Positions 10,433-24,299 of a DNA stretch of 64,000 bases are shown here, in pieces; position 1 is the stretch's first letter; each line of letters opens with the position of its first letter. This stretch comes from Selaginella moellendorffii (lineage: Eukaryota; Plantae; Lycopodiophyta), in assembly GCF_000143415.4 (NCBI RefSeq), contig NW_003314270.1:2163048-2227047 (forward strand). Reading direction: 5' to 3'. The position numbers were made by a program, and so were the translations under genes. Under the pieces are notes generated by a model that saw only the letters and a list, made by a program, of their open reading frames with translations, ran no database searches and was not told the origin of the DNA.

Positions 10433-13080
10433 ATGGCTGCTGCCTTGGTGAGCCAGGCTGCTGCTGGATTGGCGTCGCGATCGTCCTCATCGTCGTCACT
10501 GGGGGGAATAGGAGGATCATCCAATCTTCTGGCGTGTTCTTCGTCGCGGCAGCACTTCCAATTTCCAGTAAGTGCGTGGACGAGCGCTGGTAATGTGGTG
10601 AGAGTATCGAGTAGGTTGCGCGGCGTCATTAGGTGCCAATGCCGCGCTGTGGATGACAATTCCGAGGACAATGCGGAAATATCGGGCACCGATGAGAGAG
10701 TGTTGAGAATCAAGAGTGTTTCCTCGAGGAAGCTGGAGGAGTACATTGCATCGTCGTCGGGATCGTCGTCTTCGTCGTCTTCCCCCGAGGATAAGGAATG
10801 GAAGTCGTGGCAGGAGCATTTTCCAAAGGTGGAGGAGGAGGACAATCTCATCTCGGCTTTAAAAGTTTGTCACTCTTTTTCTTGGATTTTCGTTTGGTGT
10901 TACTTATCGTTTGTGGCTTGCGCAGTTCCAGCTAGAGGAAGCTGTGAAGCTGGAAAATTTTCAAGAGGCAGCGAAGCTAAAGAGAGCTATCGAAGCAGCC
11001 AAAGCAAACGACGTGATATCGGAAGTTAACAAAGAGCTTCAGGTCGTTTTTTCTTCCCATTTTCCTCCGATATACATGCATGAACGATTTTTATTTTATT
11101 TTTTATTTTTGTCTCTAGAGAGCTTTGCAAGAGGAACGATACAAAGACGCTGCACGCTTGAGAGATGAAGCTGGTGCTGGCCTGGTATGTCTGTGCTTCG
11201 TACCGCCGTTGTCATACATTTCACTGCCTTGCAGGTAGGATGGTGGGCAGGCATCTCCAAAGATGGAAGTGATCCTTTTGGGAGAATTATCAGGGTGAGA
11301 GCCGCTCATGGCAGGCTTATAGCACAGAACTACACTGCCAGGTTTTCTCGGATTTAAGATGGAACAATGCGAATCCTTATGTTTTGCAGGCAGTTAGCTA
11401 CCTTTGCTCAAAAGAATGGTGCCGAAGGTGATGCGTTATTCGAAGTTTTTGTTAAGAAGGAAGATAATGGATTCAACAAGCAGGTGGGCCTTTTTAAGGA
11501 AGAACTTAAGAATAACTTTCCCCTGTGCACAGGTTGTTTACTTGCAACACCCAGCAGAAGCAGAAGCAGCAGACCTGGATAAACTTGTCGATATTGACAT
11601 TGACGAAATAGTTCAGCAGGCGGAAAACGAAAGCACGGAAGAAAAGAACAGAACAAAGAGCGCAGGAAAGACAGAAAAACAGGAAAACGAGAAAGCAGAT
11701 GACGACTCCGATGAAGCACACGTACAAGCTAGCGGTATAGTCGACTTCTTAAAGGATAGAATCCCCGACCTCAACATGAAAGTTATAAAGGTGATCGCTC
11801 CAGAAGGCTCAGAGCCAGACATCCCAAAGATTATCGAGGAGATAATCGAGAGGGAGCAGAAAGAGCACCGGGATAAAAGTGATGCCTCTGCCATTGGTGG
11901 GATAGTCGTTCAAGAATCGTCCGATACCGAGGGAAAGGCAGGTGACGACCAGGTCCCGGACGATAAGGCTGTTACCATCAGAGTAGTTATAGGTGGAGCT
12001 TCTCCTGGAGAAGGCGGAGATGGTTCTACCGGTCCTGCAGTGAGGGTGCCCGCTACCATCAAGCAAGAGTCAATAGACAGTTTTGTGCTTCACATTGATT
12101 CTATTCCGGACGATATTCACCAGGACGATTCCAAGGCTTGGAAGGTTGCGAGGATTGCCACTAAGGCGTCAGCAGATCAGATGCCCGATGACGTGGCTCA
12201 AAAGTTGTGGAATGTGGAAAAGGTGCCAGTGCAGGTGATTTCTAGACTTTCTGTTTGTTTCTGCAAACTGTTGATACTGTAGTTACAGGTTTCTAAAGAG
12301 CTAAAAGAGGTTATCAAGCTCGCTGTGAATCAGGCGCAAAAAATGCAGAGCTTGCCAAAGACCACTGTCTTTCATCGCATCGACGTGACTGAATCCTCTG
12401 ATCCGTTCACGGGTAGGACGCTGGTATTTAGTACCTCGTATATTGATTTCTCCAGTTTGATGTAGGTCTCTATGTTGGGGCTTTCGGCGCAAACACTCCG
12501 GAGATCCTTCAACTTAAGCGGAAATACGGCCACTGGGACACGAAGAGATCAGTCCCGGATGACAAGCTCAAGTTTTACGAGTATGTGGAGGCTATTAAGC
12601 TGACAGGCGATTTAAACGTTCCCGCGGGGCAGGTATGAAGCTTCCAAGAGTATGTCGGTTGTTTGCTGATTCTTAGAAATTTCTGGCAGGTAAGCTTTCG
12701 AGCACGTATTGCCAAAGAAAACAGGATGTCACCACTGGGCATCTATCCAGAGGAGTTAGGAGTGGTATGTTGTTTTCTCATTGGCTTCGCATTTTAAGCG
12801 AATTTTTTTGGTGTGTTTTTGCAGATTGCCCGATACAGAGGCCAAGGTCAACTGGCAGATCCTGGCTTTAAACACCCCAAGTGGACTGACGGAGAGCTTG
12901 TTTTACTCGATGGAAGGGTAAGTTAAAGCTACTGGCTTTTCTCGTTCTTTTCTAATTTGAGCAATATCTTTCCAGACAACTGGCCCGACGAATGGTGCAA
13001 GGCTCGGATTCGTTTTCTACTTGCCTGATCACCACTTCCTCATCTTGTTTGACCGGCTAAACCTTGAGAAGTTATCATAA
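10433..13080 (+). CDS. EX1: EXECUTER family chloroplast singlet-oxygen signalling protein (UVR repeats + DUF3506)
   Basis: Ser-rich transit peptide; [85 protein letters not shown] and YPEELGV; stop TAA at 13080. EX1 versus EX2 cannot be resolved. Confidence 0.9.
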
Positions 13081-13320
13081 GGTGCTGACAAAAGTTATAG
13101 ATTTTGAGGAGCTCCTTTCGAACACGAGAGCTTTCTAGCTCTGGAAGGAGATTTTGCCAGCAAAATACAATTGCAGCGGGTAGTTGCAATTGTTTGTTTC
13201 CCTTTTGTAAAGTTCTGTACAATGCCAAGACTGTTTTGCAGTAACCTGGATTGTGATCGTTACTATAGTACACTCAGCCGAAAGAGAAATGAGAACTGTC
13301 CGCGATCCTCACCAGGTTTG

Positions 13321-16300
13321 TCACGTTCCTTCATCTCCTATTTTAATTCTGTTCGGCAAATGTAACACTGCGTCTGCAGGATCAGATCTGTCCGCCAGCA
13401 GCTTGATGATATGTTGCTCGGGCAGCTTGTGCTTCTCCAGCAAACTCAAAACGCTCTTTTCGAGGACCTGAGTTACCCACCTCTGAAACTCGTCGTTTCT
13501 CCCTTGGCCTTCCCAGACTACCGCAACCAGATGCTTGAATAAGGTGGACTCTACTTCTATGGTAACTTCCGGCCCAGAGGCAGCAGTGCTAATCTCCTTG
13601 ACGACAAGCTCGGCCAACTTCGTGAAGTTGAAAGGCCTGAACACAATGGTGCCGCTCATTCTGTCCCAGAAGTTCTTGGAAAGCTGGTCGCAGGCCCTCT
13701 CGAGTAGCAGCTTCACTTGGCTATCCTTGACGTCGATCTTCTCGACCACATTATCGCCAGCTTTTGGAGCTGCCTCGTCTTCTTCCAGGGGCAGGTTCAA
13801 GTCGAGCTCCACACCTCGGGACTCAACCTTGTTGCGCTTCTCCACCACAGCCGCCGGAGCTTCCATCAGGTCGCTGGCTCCTGCCTTACGCTTACTATGC
13901 GACGTACTATCACTGGGAACCGAGCTTCTAATGACGGACACCCGTTCGCCTTTGTGGAGCACGGCTTCCGGATCTGCTGCCTCGGCCGCGACCAGCTTCA
14001 TCCCGACTATCTCAGTACCGGCAATGATCTTCTCGTTCAACTCCAGCGACGTGAATTGGTTTTCCTGCGGCAGCAGCTCCTCTCCGATACTGGAGGTCAT
14101 TATGACGATCAAGTTGGCCACACTGACTTCTCGTCCGCTCGAGTCGGCCAGCCGACCTCTCTCCATGGCCTTCACCAGGGAACTTTTCAGCCTCGGGTCA
14201 GCTTGCTCTATATCTTCCAAAAGTACCACCGAGAACGGTTTGCTCCTCACCGAATCAGCAAGTCTATCCAGTGGAGTTCGTCCTCTGCCAGTCACAGCTT
14301 CAACGTCCCGCTCCTGACGCCTACCGGACCTCAAACTCAATCGGAGGAGCATTTTGTCGGAACCGTAGACTTGCTCCGCCAGAATTCTCGCGACTTTCCT
14401 CTTTGCCATTGCATCCGGCCCCAGGAACAGCAGCCAGGTGTTGCCTCTTCCAGCACGGTTCAAAATTGTGGAAGACACAGCGTCGACGGCATCCCGTTGC
14501 CACGGTACGTTTTCTGCCAGAGCTTTGCAGAGACCTTTATAGTCGAGTTCCTTCACCGGTGGAGCCTTGAAGACGTTCGGTTTGATAACAGCAGGTACCT
14601 GTGGCTTGTCAATCCCGTTCTGGTAACTCCTCTTCTCGGGTGATATAGGCAAGACCGGAAAACCGAAGGAACCCGAAGTTGTGCAACCAGCTGCTAGGCT
14701 TTCCAAGGCCTCGCGACGTTGGTGCTGTTGTTGTTGAGGCTTTGCATCAACAGTGAAGCCCTTCGACTGTGCGGTGACGCTGCTGTCATTGCACTTGAGT
14801 GACTCGGACCGTCCAAGAACCAAGTCGGTTTGCACCGTCACGTCGGAATCCGGTTGCTTTCCTTGCGGACTAGAACTATGTGGAGTGGATGGCTTGAGAC
14901 TCAGCCCGATATCCGTGGACAAGCCATCTTCCGCCAAGCTGGTGCATACGGGCCCGACCTCTTCGCCGTGACTACGAGCCGCCAGTCCATTCTTCTCGGG
15001 CACTGGTTGCGTGCCATTGGAGATTTGAGGTTGGAGAGAGAGCCACGGGATCGACATGGGCAAGCTACCACCAACAGTAGTACTGCAAGCAACTTTGCCA
15101 TTGGCACCGGTCTCGGAGGAGAAGCCTTTGGTCGAGCTCGAGTTTCGCCGCATCCCATGCAGGCTCCGGCACGTTTGCGACCATTTCTTCTGGAGCTCCT
15201 TCAACTTTTGGCTACGTCCATTTGCCTGGCAAATATCATCGTCAGTAAACACGACAAGCGAGAGCAGCAGTAGTGGAAAGAAAGTGCCAACCTGGTCGGC
15301 ATCCTTGTTTGGCTTGAGCCAGAATGGCAGGCCACTGGGGGTGTGCTCCTCGCTGCTCGAGATATTCTCCTGCACCTCCTGCTCGTACTTGGCAACGCAC
15401 TCGGCACAGCAGTTCTCCAAGCTTCCATTTTCAGGCTGCAGCTTAAATGGCAACGATGGCCACAGGCCAGGAACAGCAGTACGCACAGGTGACGGAGACT
15501 CTACGCAGTTTGAGCTTCCAAACCTGCGAGGACACGAATGGAGTCAAGGGAGGAGGAAGCGGCGTCGAGAAAAAGTTCCTATCACGTACCTGGCGCTGCC
15601 GTTGCTGCCGCTGTTCCGCAGAGTCATGCTGAATCCACTGGAGATTGGCAGAGGTTGGAGCCCCCACAAGGAATCGAGAGAAGGATGGCGAGCTTGGCAC
15701 CTCATATAAGTTTGCGACGACGCGATCCCCATCAACCAGACTTGACTGCTATGTCCAGCCAGCAGCTTTCCAATCTCCGACACGGTATGTTGGACGGGGC
15801 AGTAGAGAGGCGACGAGGGAGCCGCTGCTCCAGATGATGGAGGAGGAGGAGGAGAAGGCCTCTCGACGAGCCACTGCAAATCTCCCAGATAAACCACCAC
15901 GCCGGCGGAGCGCAGCAGGCTCTCCTCCACGGAGCGGACGAGCTCGGCGAGCTTGCGCTCGACTTCGTCCTTGGCATGCAGTCCCAGAGCTATGGAGGCG
16001 AATTGCGGCGAGAGTATCCGGAGGTTGGACAGGCTTGGCTCGCAGTCACCTTTGTCGAGCCGATGCATCACCTCCTGCGCGACACCGTGTGGCGGCTGCT
16101 CGCCAAACAACAGCGGATTCCTCTTCTTGGACTTGAGAAGGATCTCCAGCACCCGGCTCACGTCCACGGAGCTCTTGTTGCTGCTACCGCTCGAAGGGAT
16201 GGTCATCCCCATGAGAACGCTGTTGAGCTGCTGGTGGTGTTGGTGGTGATCGGGAGCAATGCTTCTGCTCGACTGCTGGACGAGCAAGCCTGGAATGAGA

Positions 16301-17247
16301 AGATTTGGAGCGGTGGTGGTGGTGGTGGTGGAACCGGGACCGAAAACTCCAGCTCGGAAAGGAGAAGCTCCTGCTGTTGCTGCTGCTGCCGCTGCCGCCG
16401 CGGTGTACTGCTCCAAGGATCCCAATTTCAGCCTCAACCGGTCGACGCTGGTGGTAGAGTTCGGACTGCCAACCATGGATGCTGCCGCCGCAGCCGCAGC
16501 CGCCGCTCCTGCCGAAGATGGTAGAATTCTCCTGGCCTGAGCAGCGCAGGTGGACGATCCACCCGACGCCGACGATGCGGCGGCGGCGGCTGCGGCAGCC
16601 AGCGCCTCCTCGAGGCTGTTCTTCACCTGGGTGCTGGAGAAGCTGGCCTCCCTCATCACCCGGCTGACGCTGGGATCGTCCAGGATGGAGATTATGAGCT
16701 GCTCCATCTCCACCTTGACGGCCAGGAGAGGGACCTGCTGCTGCTCCGGGTAGCCCCTTCGCTGGTGAGCCTGTGCCCGCTTGAGAGCCGCGACGAGCGC
16801 GTTGGAGAGCGCCGGTTGCTGGTGGTGCTGGTGCTGGTGGTGGAGCTGCTGCTGCTGCTGGATTTGGTGGTGGTGGTGATGGTGGTGGTGGTGGTGGAGC
16901 AAAGACGATGGAGAAGAAGAAGATGGCGGAGGAGCTGCTGGGGTCACCGGGGTGGCGGTGGAGGAGGGAGTGGAGTTACCGGTGGTGGTGCTGGTTTGCA
17001 ATCGATCCAGCGCCACCTTGAAGCAAAGCTCGAGGCTGCGGCAATGTGGGGGCTGCGGGAGGTGCAAGTGGGATTGGATACAGGCCTGGCGGAGGACGCT
17101 GGTGGTGCCCGACAGTAGCGTGGTGGCGACATGCAAGGGAGTGACTTGGGCGTGGCCGCGCCGCTGCGCCTCCGCCACCGCCAGCTTGAGAACATTGGCG
17201 GCCTCGGTGGTTAGCGTCTGCTGCACGGTGGACACCCCCGCCCGCAT
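13321..17247 (-). CDS. SMXL: SMAX1-like (SMXL/D53 family) repressor; exons 17247-15590, 15523-15292, 15225-13321
   Basis: Double Clp-N start MRAGVSTVQQTLTTEAANVLKLAVAEAQRRGHAQVTPLHVA; ALSNALVAALKRAQAHQRRG, LDDPSVSRVMREASFSS, WLLFLGPD, degron-like RGRT and EAR motif LDLNL. Confidence 0.93.
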
Positions 17248-20200
17248 CTTTTCCTCCTCCTGGAAGAAATTCACGCGCGTGAGCTGGGTGGTCGTCTCGA
17301 AACCCCGCGGAGGATCGAAGCTCGATCGGAATTTGGAAGATCGAGAGAATTGCCAGCCGCGCGAGCCTGGGAGCGGAGAAAGGAAGCTCGCGCTTCTCCA
17401 AAGCTCGCCGAAGGAGACCAACTTGCCTGGATTTGCGCGCGGTGATCCTTGTCTTTAGAGGAACTAAATGCATCAATCTATCTCCTCCTCTTCCTCCTCC
17501 TCAGTGGCGGCAGAGAAACGAGTGGAGAGAGAAAAAGTATACGCGCGCGATCAGATCCTCTCCCCCTTTTCCCTCTCGGATCAAATCAATCTCACATCCA
17601 CCTCCATAACTCTCAACTGGTGTTCCCCATACACACCACCATAGCATCCCTTTGAAAAAAAACTCTCACAATTGCGACCCCTTACCTATCCTCACCCCCA
17701 AAATTCAACGCTGTCTTTCACCATTTAACCAAACAAAAAATGACACTAACCACAAAAAAAAAAACGAGAAAATTTTCCAGAGACCAAAAATCCGGAAGAA
17801 TCGAACTGATTTCAAGAGACCCTCTGCAGTGCTGCTGCTGCTGCTGCTGCTACTGCCTTTCCAATTCTTTCTCTTTTTTCATCTCTCACTCTTTTCTCCC
17901 CCCTATTTTTCGCAATGAGACTCTCTTCACGAATCGAGAAAAGAGGGACACCCGATTCCAATGAAATCGAAATGAATGTCCCTCAAAAGCAGGCTGGGCC
18001 CCGTCGCCGCCATAGCCTCGCCCCCAAAAAACTTTGCCCTGCATTTTTATGCCCCACTGCCGCCAGCGCGGCATGAGGTCCAGCTGTCCGGCCAGGATCC
18101 CGACACGTCACCACGACTGCGCCACGTCCGCATGGGCATTCATCCTATGCTTTATGGGTCCATGATGCGCATCAATGATCATGCATGGATGGAATCATAA
18201 TGCCCTAAAAAGGACACAAGATCATTTCTTTTGCCTCTCAAATAGCAAAGTAATAAAGGTAAGTGAAAAGCACAGGGGGAAGAACTATAGCGTCCGTGTG
18301 TGTGTGGATTGGGTTAAAACTTTTCACTTTTACCGCTCCCAAGGTGGCGGCCCCCACCAGTAGCAGCGCTGCTTTTTGTTTTTATTGCGTAAAAGCGGCG
18401 GGCCATTGGAAAAAGGCTTCATTTGTTAAAACTCGCCAAAGGGCCCAGGGGTACGTACACGCATAAAAGATCCTCCCCTCTGGCGCACTTGATGCCGGTT
18501 CGATTCCCTTCCAACCGAAATCCCCTGTTTATGTCCAAAAGTTGTAAGCCGTGCCGTAATCTAGCCGGATCAGTCCATGACAAACAAGAGCCAACTTTTC
18601 TGGTGACAAAAGAAAATGCCATTAAGTTGATGGGGACATTCTCTCTTTTGCTTATATTCAACTTCACCCAAGTTAAAGGTCTTGGTAGATCATGGATCTC
18701 AAGATATTTTGTCCGGATTTTGAGTTTGAATGCATCAAACAAATCAGGTCACCCAAGTTCAATGCTGTTTAGATGCTGATAAAGACTTGATTTTTGCGTC
18801 TCATGTCCAAATTGAGCACCACAAGACTATCAATCAAACAGTGTCTAGATAGATAGACTTGACCATCAAGCTACTGCTCCTCCTGTTGCCCAAAAAGCTG
18901 GCTGTGCTGGACATAGAATAGAATACTAAAGTTCTAACCTGCCTAAAGCTGCTTAGATAGAAGCGTTTGCTCCCAAAAAAAGCAGCCCTCTCTCACCAAA
19001 ACCCATAACATTTTTCGAGTGCGTGCAAAGCAATGACAATGACCTGAAGCTTGGGAGATCTTTGCGTCATTGTTTAGTGTTCCTGGCTTTAGTTTGATCT
19101 CAATGGTGTGACTTTTGCGAGCTTTCTTATTAGCGAAAGAAACATCTCAGCAGAACAAACAGTGGCATTGTCTTTGCTTTTGGGTTCTCATTTTCCTGAG
19201 ATCTCATATATATATCTTTGACAAGATTGTTATGCATACAAGAACACAATGATGGGAATCTTTTGTGAATGATTCGGGGTCTCGTGGTCCATTCTTTCCA
19301 CCTTTGCTTTGCTTCCTTGCTAATGGAACAAGAAAGCAAGTGCTTGGAATTTGGTGATGGCAACATCAGGAAAAGTATCTTTAACCTTATGGTTTTGTTG
19401 TAGAATAAGTCAAGAGAAAGATAACTTAGAAATTCTTCCATGGAATTCCATCTATAATGGCTGGCTATGGCGACTGAGATACTTGGAGTATAGAAATCGC
19501 TCCAGGCCACACAAGGAGGAAAACCATAACCCCACCAACAAACAACATGAGGCCAGCCAAACGCTAACCTCCCTGACACCACCTTTAAGGGAATCTCTCC
19601 TTTCATAAAGCTTTGGGGGACCCTCGCCTCGCCTTCCCTCTCCTCTTTTGGCCCTCTCCAACAAACAATGCCAAAACAAAATAGAGAAAGAAAGGCTCTC
19701 TCCAAAAAATCAAACCTCCAGAAGCCATCTTTTCGCCTTGAATGCAGCGCTGCGTTGCACCTTTACGGCTTTTTAGCTACAAGAAAAATGCCCCAACGCG
19801 GCATTTGCAAGCTTTCCTTTCTTAACCCCTCGGCTCACTGGTTAAGAGTAGAGACTCTTGGAAGAATCTATCACTCAGAAAAGGGAAAGAAAGGGTGGCT
19901 TTGTCCGCTCGATCAGATTTGATCCATGCTCTCGCCTTTATCTCCTTTGTTTTGCTTCCTTGCGAAGAATGGGGACAGTGATATGCGGTCGTGCAGCGAA
20001 GATGTGTCCCCCTCCACATGGAGGTTGCAGCAACCAGCCAGGCTGCCACCTTTTTTGCTATACGTCCAAACAAACGCGCCTTTAGGCATTGAACATATAC
20101 AAGGAAGAAGAAACGCCTTCCTTGGAGTGAAAGAGTAAAGGATACTTGACATTTTGACGTACCACGTGGTTCGCCCGCGGCCGTTGATTGAACAGAACTT

Positions 20201-21815
20201 GCAGCCATCATGTTGTTCGTAGTATCATGGCTACCAAAAGCATCCCTTTGTCTCGCAAGGCGTTTCTTTTTCAAACCCAAATTATACAAATAATAATACT
20301 GAAAACAAGAGAGAACAAAATTTGAAAAACTAAAAGGAAAAAGAAAATAAAAAGTCGAGGCATGGCCCCATCCAGCAGCAGCTTTATGAATTTGCGTAAG
20401 TGCGACAGCCAGGACGAGTTCTGGCCTTTACAGTTTTTTAAGAGCATGTTATATTTTTCTTCAGGTGGGTCCAACTAGAAAAGGGGTACGGAAAGCCACT
20501 TTGAGGTTTCAATGAGTGTCCCGTACACACAAGATTCCCTTCCACACTGTACATGAATGTTATTGCAGGGCGTCGTCCATCCAGGCCGTCCAGGTCCGGT
20601 GCCTGACCGAATCCAGGCCGTCCGCTTGGCAAAATCTAGGACCGAAGAGCAGTGCGCATGCATTGCCTACAGAGGCCTTCTTCTCTTCTATCCCTTCCCT
20701 CGATTCGTTCGCGGCCGAAACTTTTGCTTTTTAAATAACCCTTCCGTCCAGGGTGACAAATTCCAGAATAATTCTATGCTTTTGCGCGCTCGATTTCATG
20801 TAGTCCCCAAAGCGAATGATTGCACGCATCATTCCGGGAGGAAGCACTAGTCTAGATTTAAGTGTGTAATGGAATGGAACATTGGAATCGATCCTCCTCT
20901 TCGTCTCCCCCCTTTTGGATCGATCCATCATCCATCATCCATGGATCGTCCATGGTGGAGGAGCACCAAATGTTATCTTTTTGGAGCTTCATCATGCAAT
21001 ACCTGGCAGCCTTGAAATGATATGTATTATATACGTGGGGGATATTATAGCAATGCTTTGTGTTTTGTCTTGTAGATTTTTTTGGCTTCTACGTGGAAGT
21101 TGTGGGATGGAAATTGTCCCCCTGATGAGCAGCAGTGTAACATCTACTGGTCTGGTTAAACAGGTCCTTTCACAAGTATCAAGTTATTACTCATATAATA
21201 TCAGCTTGATCATGATAATACTATTCTAACCAAAATGGAACAGTATTATTGCTCCCGGAATGATGGAGTGGCCAAATGGGAGGAAGATTGTGATTCATGA
21301 GGTGACTTTCTTCGGCTGCATGATGGAACATATCAAGCACCTCTTTTTGTTTGAGGAAAGCTGGAATCCCGTCATGATAGTTGAGAGATTCCAGCGCAAG
21401 TAAAATGGAGAGAGACTGATCCGCTCGGGTTCGATTCTACAGCTTTGCGGAGTGGGCTCGGCATATACTTTGAGTATGAGGCCAACAGATGCCCCGCAAT
21501 CACGACCAAGAATAAAGCTCCCGTGACCAAAATCATAAAGTTTCTTTTAGCTTGGCCTTCTCCATCGCCATGCCCAGCTCTAAGCTTCTTAGATCGCCAT
21601 GCCCAACTTTAGACCGTGTCAAGTGGTTCTTGCTACATAACATGGCCTTTCTCATCCCCCAAAACGCACACTCACATACAAACCCCGAAAGTTGAGAGAC
21701 ATACTTCCGAGAGCTCGCTTTAACAACACCAAAAGTCATTCTTTGTTTCTCTTGTGTGTTGCGTGCCATGTGTGAGAGATTCGGAGGGATCTTGACAAAG
21801 GGGCCACCATTCTCT

Positions 21816-21817
<2 letters not shown>

Positions 21818-21862
<45 letters not shown>

Positions 21863-21942
21863 TTTTTTTTTCTTGACTTTTGGAGGTCCCCTCCTTTAAC
21901 AGATGGGACACACATGATGTGTGTGTGTGTGTGTGTGTGTGT
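21818..21942. repeat. (TC)21 at 21818-21859 and (TG)12 at 21918-21942 microsatellites
   Basis: Read directly from the sequence. Confidence 0.95.
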
Positions 21943-24299
21943 TTTGGAGAGGAAGTTCTCTTTGTATTGGGTTTGGTTGGTGGCGAATGGCAGTGGAAAA
22001 AGGCAGAGGGAGGCTTTCTTTGTATGCATCCTTGTGTTTGGTAGCGAGATCTATCCTCCCAAAAAGCAAAATCCAAGTCACTTGGTGGCATTTGTATTTG
22101 GGCATCGCTTTTCAAAGACAAGAACCCGGACTCGGGCATTTTGCATGGCCTTTACTAAAGAGGAGAAAACAGCAGTCACACAGATAGTTGAATATGGAGA
22201 AAAATATTAAGATTCTTATTCTTAATTTCATTTATTTGTTTGTTTGTTTATCTGGCTTTCGAGTCGGTGGAAAGCATTGAACAAGGCTCTTTGTCCACGT
22301 AATAAAGAGACGATATACATGGCAAGGTTCAACGTCTGTGTGTACTTTGTATACTTGTCGAGCAAGAGCAGCCCATATAGGGCATGGCTGCAAGAGAGGA
22401 GAATTGTGGCCACCTCAAAAGATTTTGCCAATCTTGTCATCTCCCATCTTTAAAGAGGCCTCTCTCTTTCAATCCATTTTGTCAATCGGATTCCTTTCTC
22501 CGTTGTCTGCGTGTTTGTCCCTGCGCGTTATGGAGGCTTGTTTTGCGTGTGAGAGTGTATACCGGGCCACCGACGTTTTGCTTTGAAACTGCGGAATTAA
22601 AATGGACTGATCTGGATGGACGAAATGGAGGAGCTTTTCCTTCGTCAACCTTGCACTTAGAGATCAATTGAAGTGTACTTTTGTGTCTGGATGTGGAGCG
22701 TGGGACGAAGAGAGTTCCTTTGGTTTGGGAGTGAATGAGCGATCTTGTTGTTCAATTTTGGTCGCGATGGCGTTAACATCGGGCATTTAAGGAGCCATAT
22801 GTTCCACTTGATGGTATTGCCAAATGCTTGGAGCAGAGACACGGCGAGTCAAGAGCATGCTGGATCAAAGAGAGAAAATTAGTGATGCATCGACCCAGTC
22901 TCTTAAACTCAAAGCTTTAGAAACCAAAGTATATGCAAGAGAACTCTATTCGGTTATTCACCAAGAAAAAAAACGCAGGCTAAGAGATAATTATTGCAAA
23001 GCAAACTGGCGCACAGAGAGAGACAGAGAGAGAGAGATTAGCTTAGAGCGTGTTTAATGCCACTACCACACTATTGCTCGTTTGACGCGGAAGGTGGTGA
23101 GGCTTGTGGTTTGGTTCTTAGATGTCTTTTCTTCTGAACTGTAAAATTAAAAATTTAGATAATATTGTGAAGTTCATACCGTTTTGATGTGAATGTACTC
23201 ATTAACAACTAAGTGGTGGCATGTAATTCATAAACTATTGTCTCAAACACTAAAGTGAAACCCAAGAAAACACACCATAGTGGCATTTACATATATGTGT
23301 GATGCTCCAAGTCTACATATAACTGGGATCCCAATGAGATCATACTGCTCAGTCTCATCTCAGCCTAGTCTTTGGTTTTCACATGGCAGAGTTGATTAGG
23401 CTATTTTAAAGATTGATTGCATGTTATATGTTCCACAGCTCAAGAATTGCAGAGGAGAATTGCAATATGATCCAGCCTTCCACAAGATGCTGAAAAGCCT
23501 GCTTAGACGATCATGCTCGATAAGAAACCATGCCTCTCTCGGCCATTCTCTTGAACATAATTCTTTGCTCATGCCAAGGACAATGGATATGGTGTAGAAC
23601 TGTAAGAGCAAACATTTATAAGCATATTTAATAACTGCACCTATACTTCTGTTCTATATTCAATAATTTATTCTTCCCCTGAAGGAGTACAACAATTTCA
23701 GGCAAAAGTAACTGTAGAAGATGGGTTGGAAAGCCGAATTTATTGGAAACAATGTCTTTTGAGGATGACTTTGACTGTGAATGTGTGGAGCTCCATCTTA
23801 TCACCTTCCATGAAAATCTGATACAAGAAACCTTCCTTGAGATGTCTAGCAAATACCCACTCTAGTGCCTTTCATACATGGACACAATATGATACATCAA
23901 TTTTGCACATTACATCCATATGAGAGAGTTATATATTTTATAGTTTTTTAGAATATATTTAGGATATGCTTAGATATTCTACCACTTAACGGTTGTTATT
24001 TAATATTGAATTTATAATTTATAAAATTTCCTAAATACTTCCTAGTATATGGTATATTCTATTTTATTCTAACATTTAATGGTTGAAATCATGTATATAA
24101 CTATAAAACTTTAATTTATTAATTGGATTAATAAAAAATAAGCATTACTCAATAATTTGTTATTAATCTGTTAAAATTGATAGTTTAAAATTCTAAAAAA
24201 TTTGATGTAAGTGCATGAAATATGGAAATGAAATTAAGAAATGTGAAAATTAATTAGCCTAAAAACCCTAACTTATATAGTGTTGAACCTAATTCAATA

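Noticed and set aside
13535-16524. Long antisense ORFs over SMXL (similarly over the PPR and LBD genes)
   Set aside because: Expected shadows of GC-rich coding sequence.
18490-21445. Isolated GGTTCGATTC motifs (~18497, ~21429) as tRNA or SINE
   Set aside because: No cloverleaf, A box or TSD visible.
21060-23850. Short ORF-like pieces (~21230-21403 plus; 23396-23852 minus)
   Set aside because: No recognisable homology or coherent splicing; may be gene fragments but unsupported.
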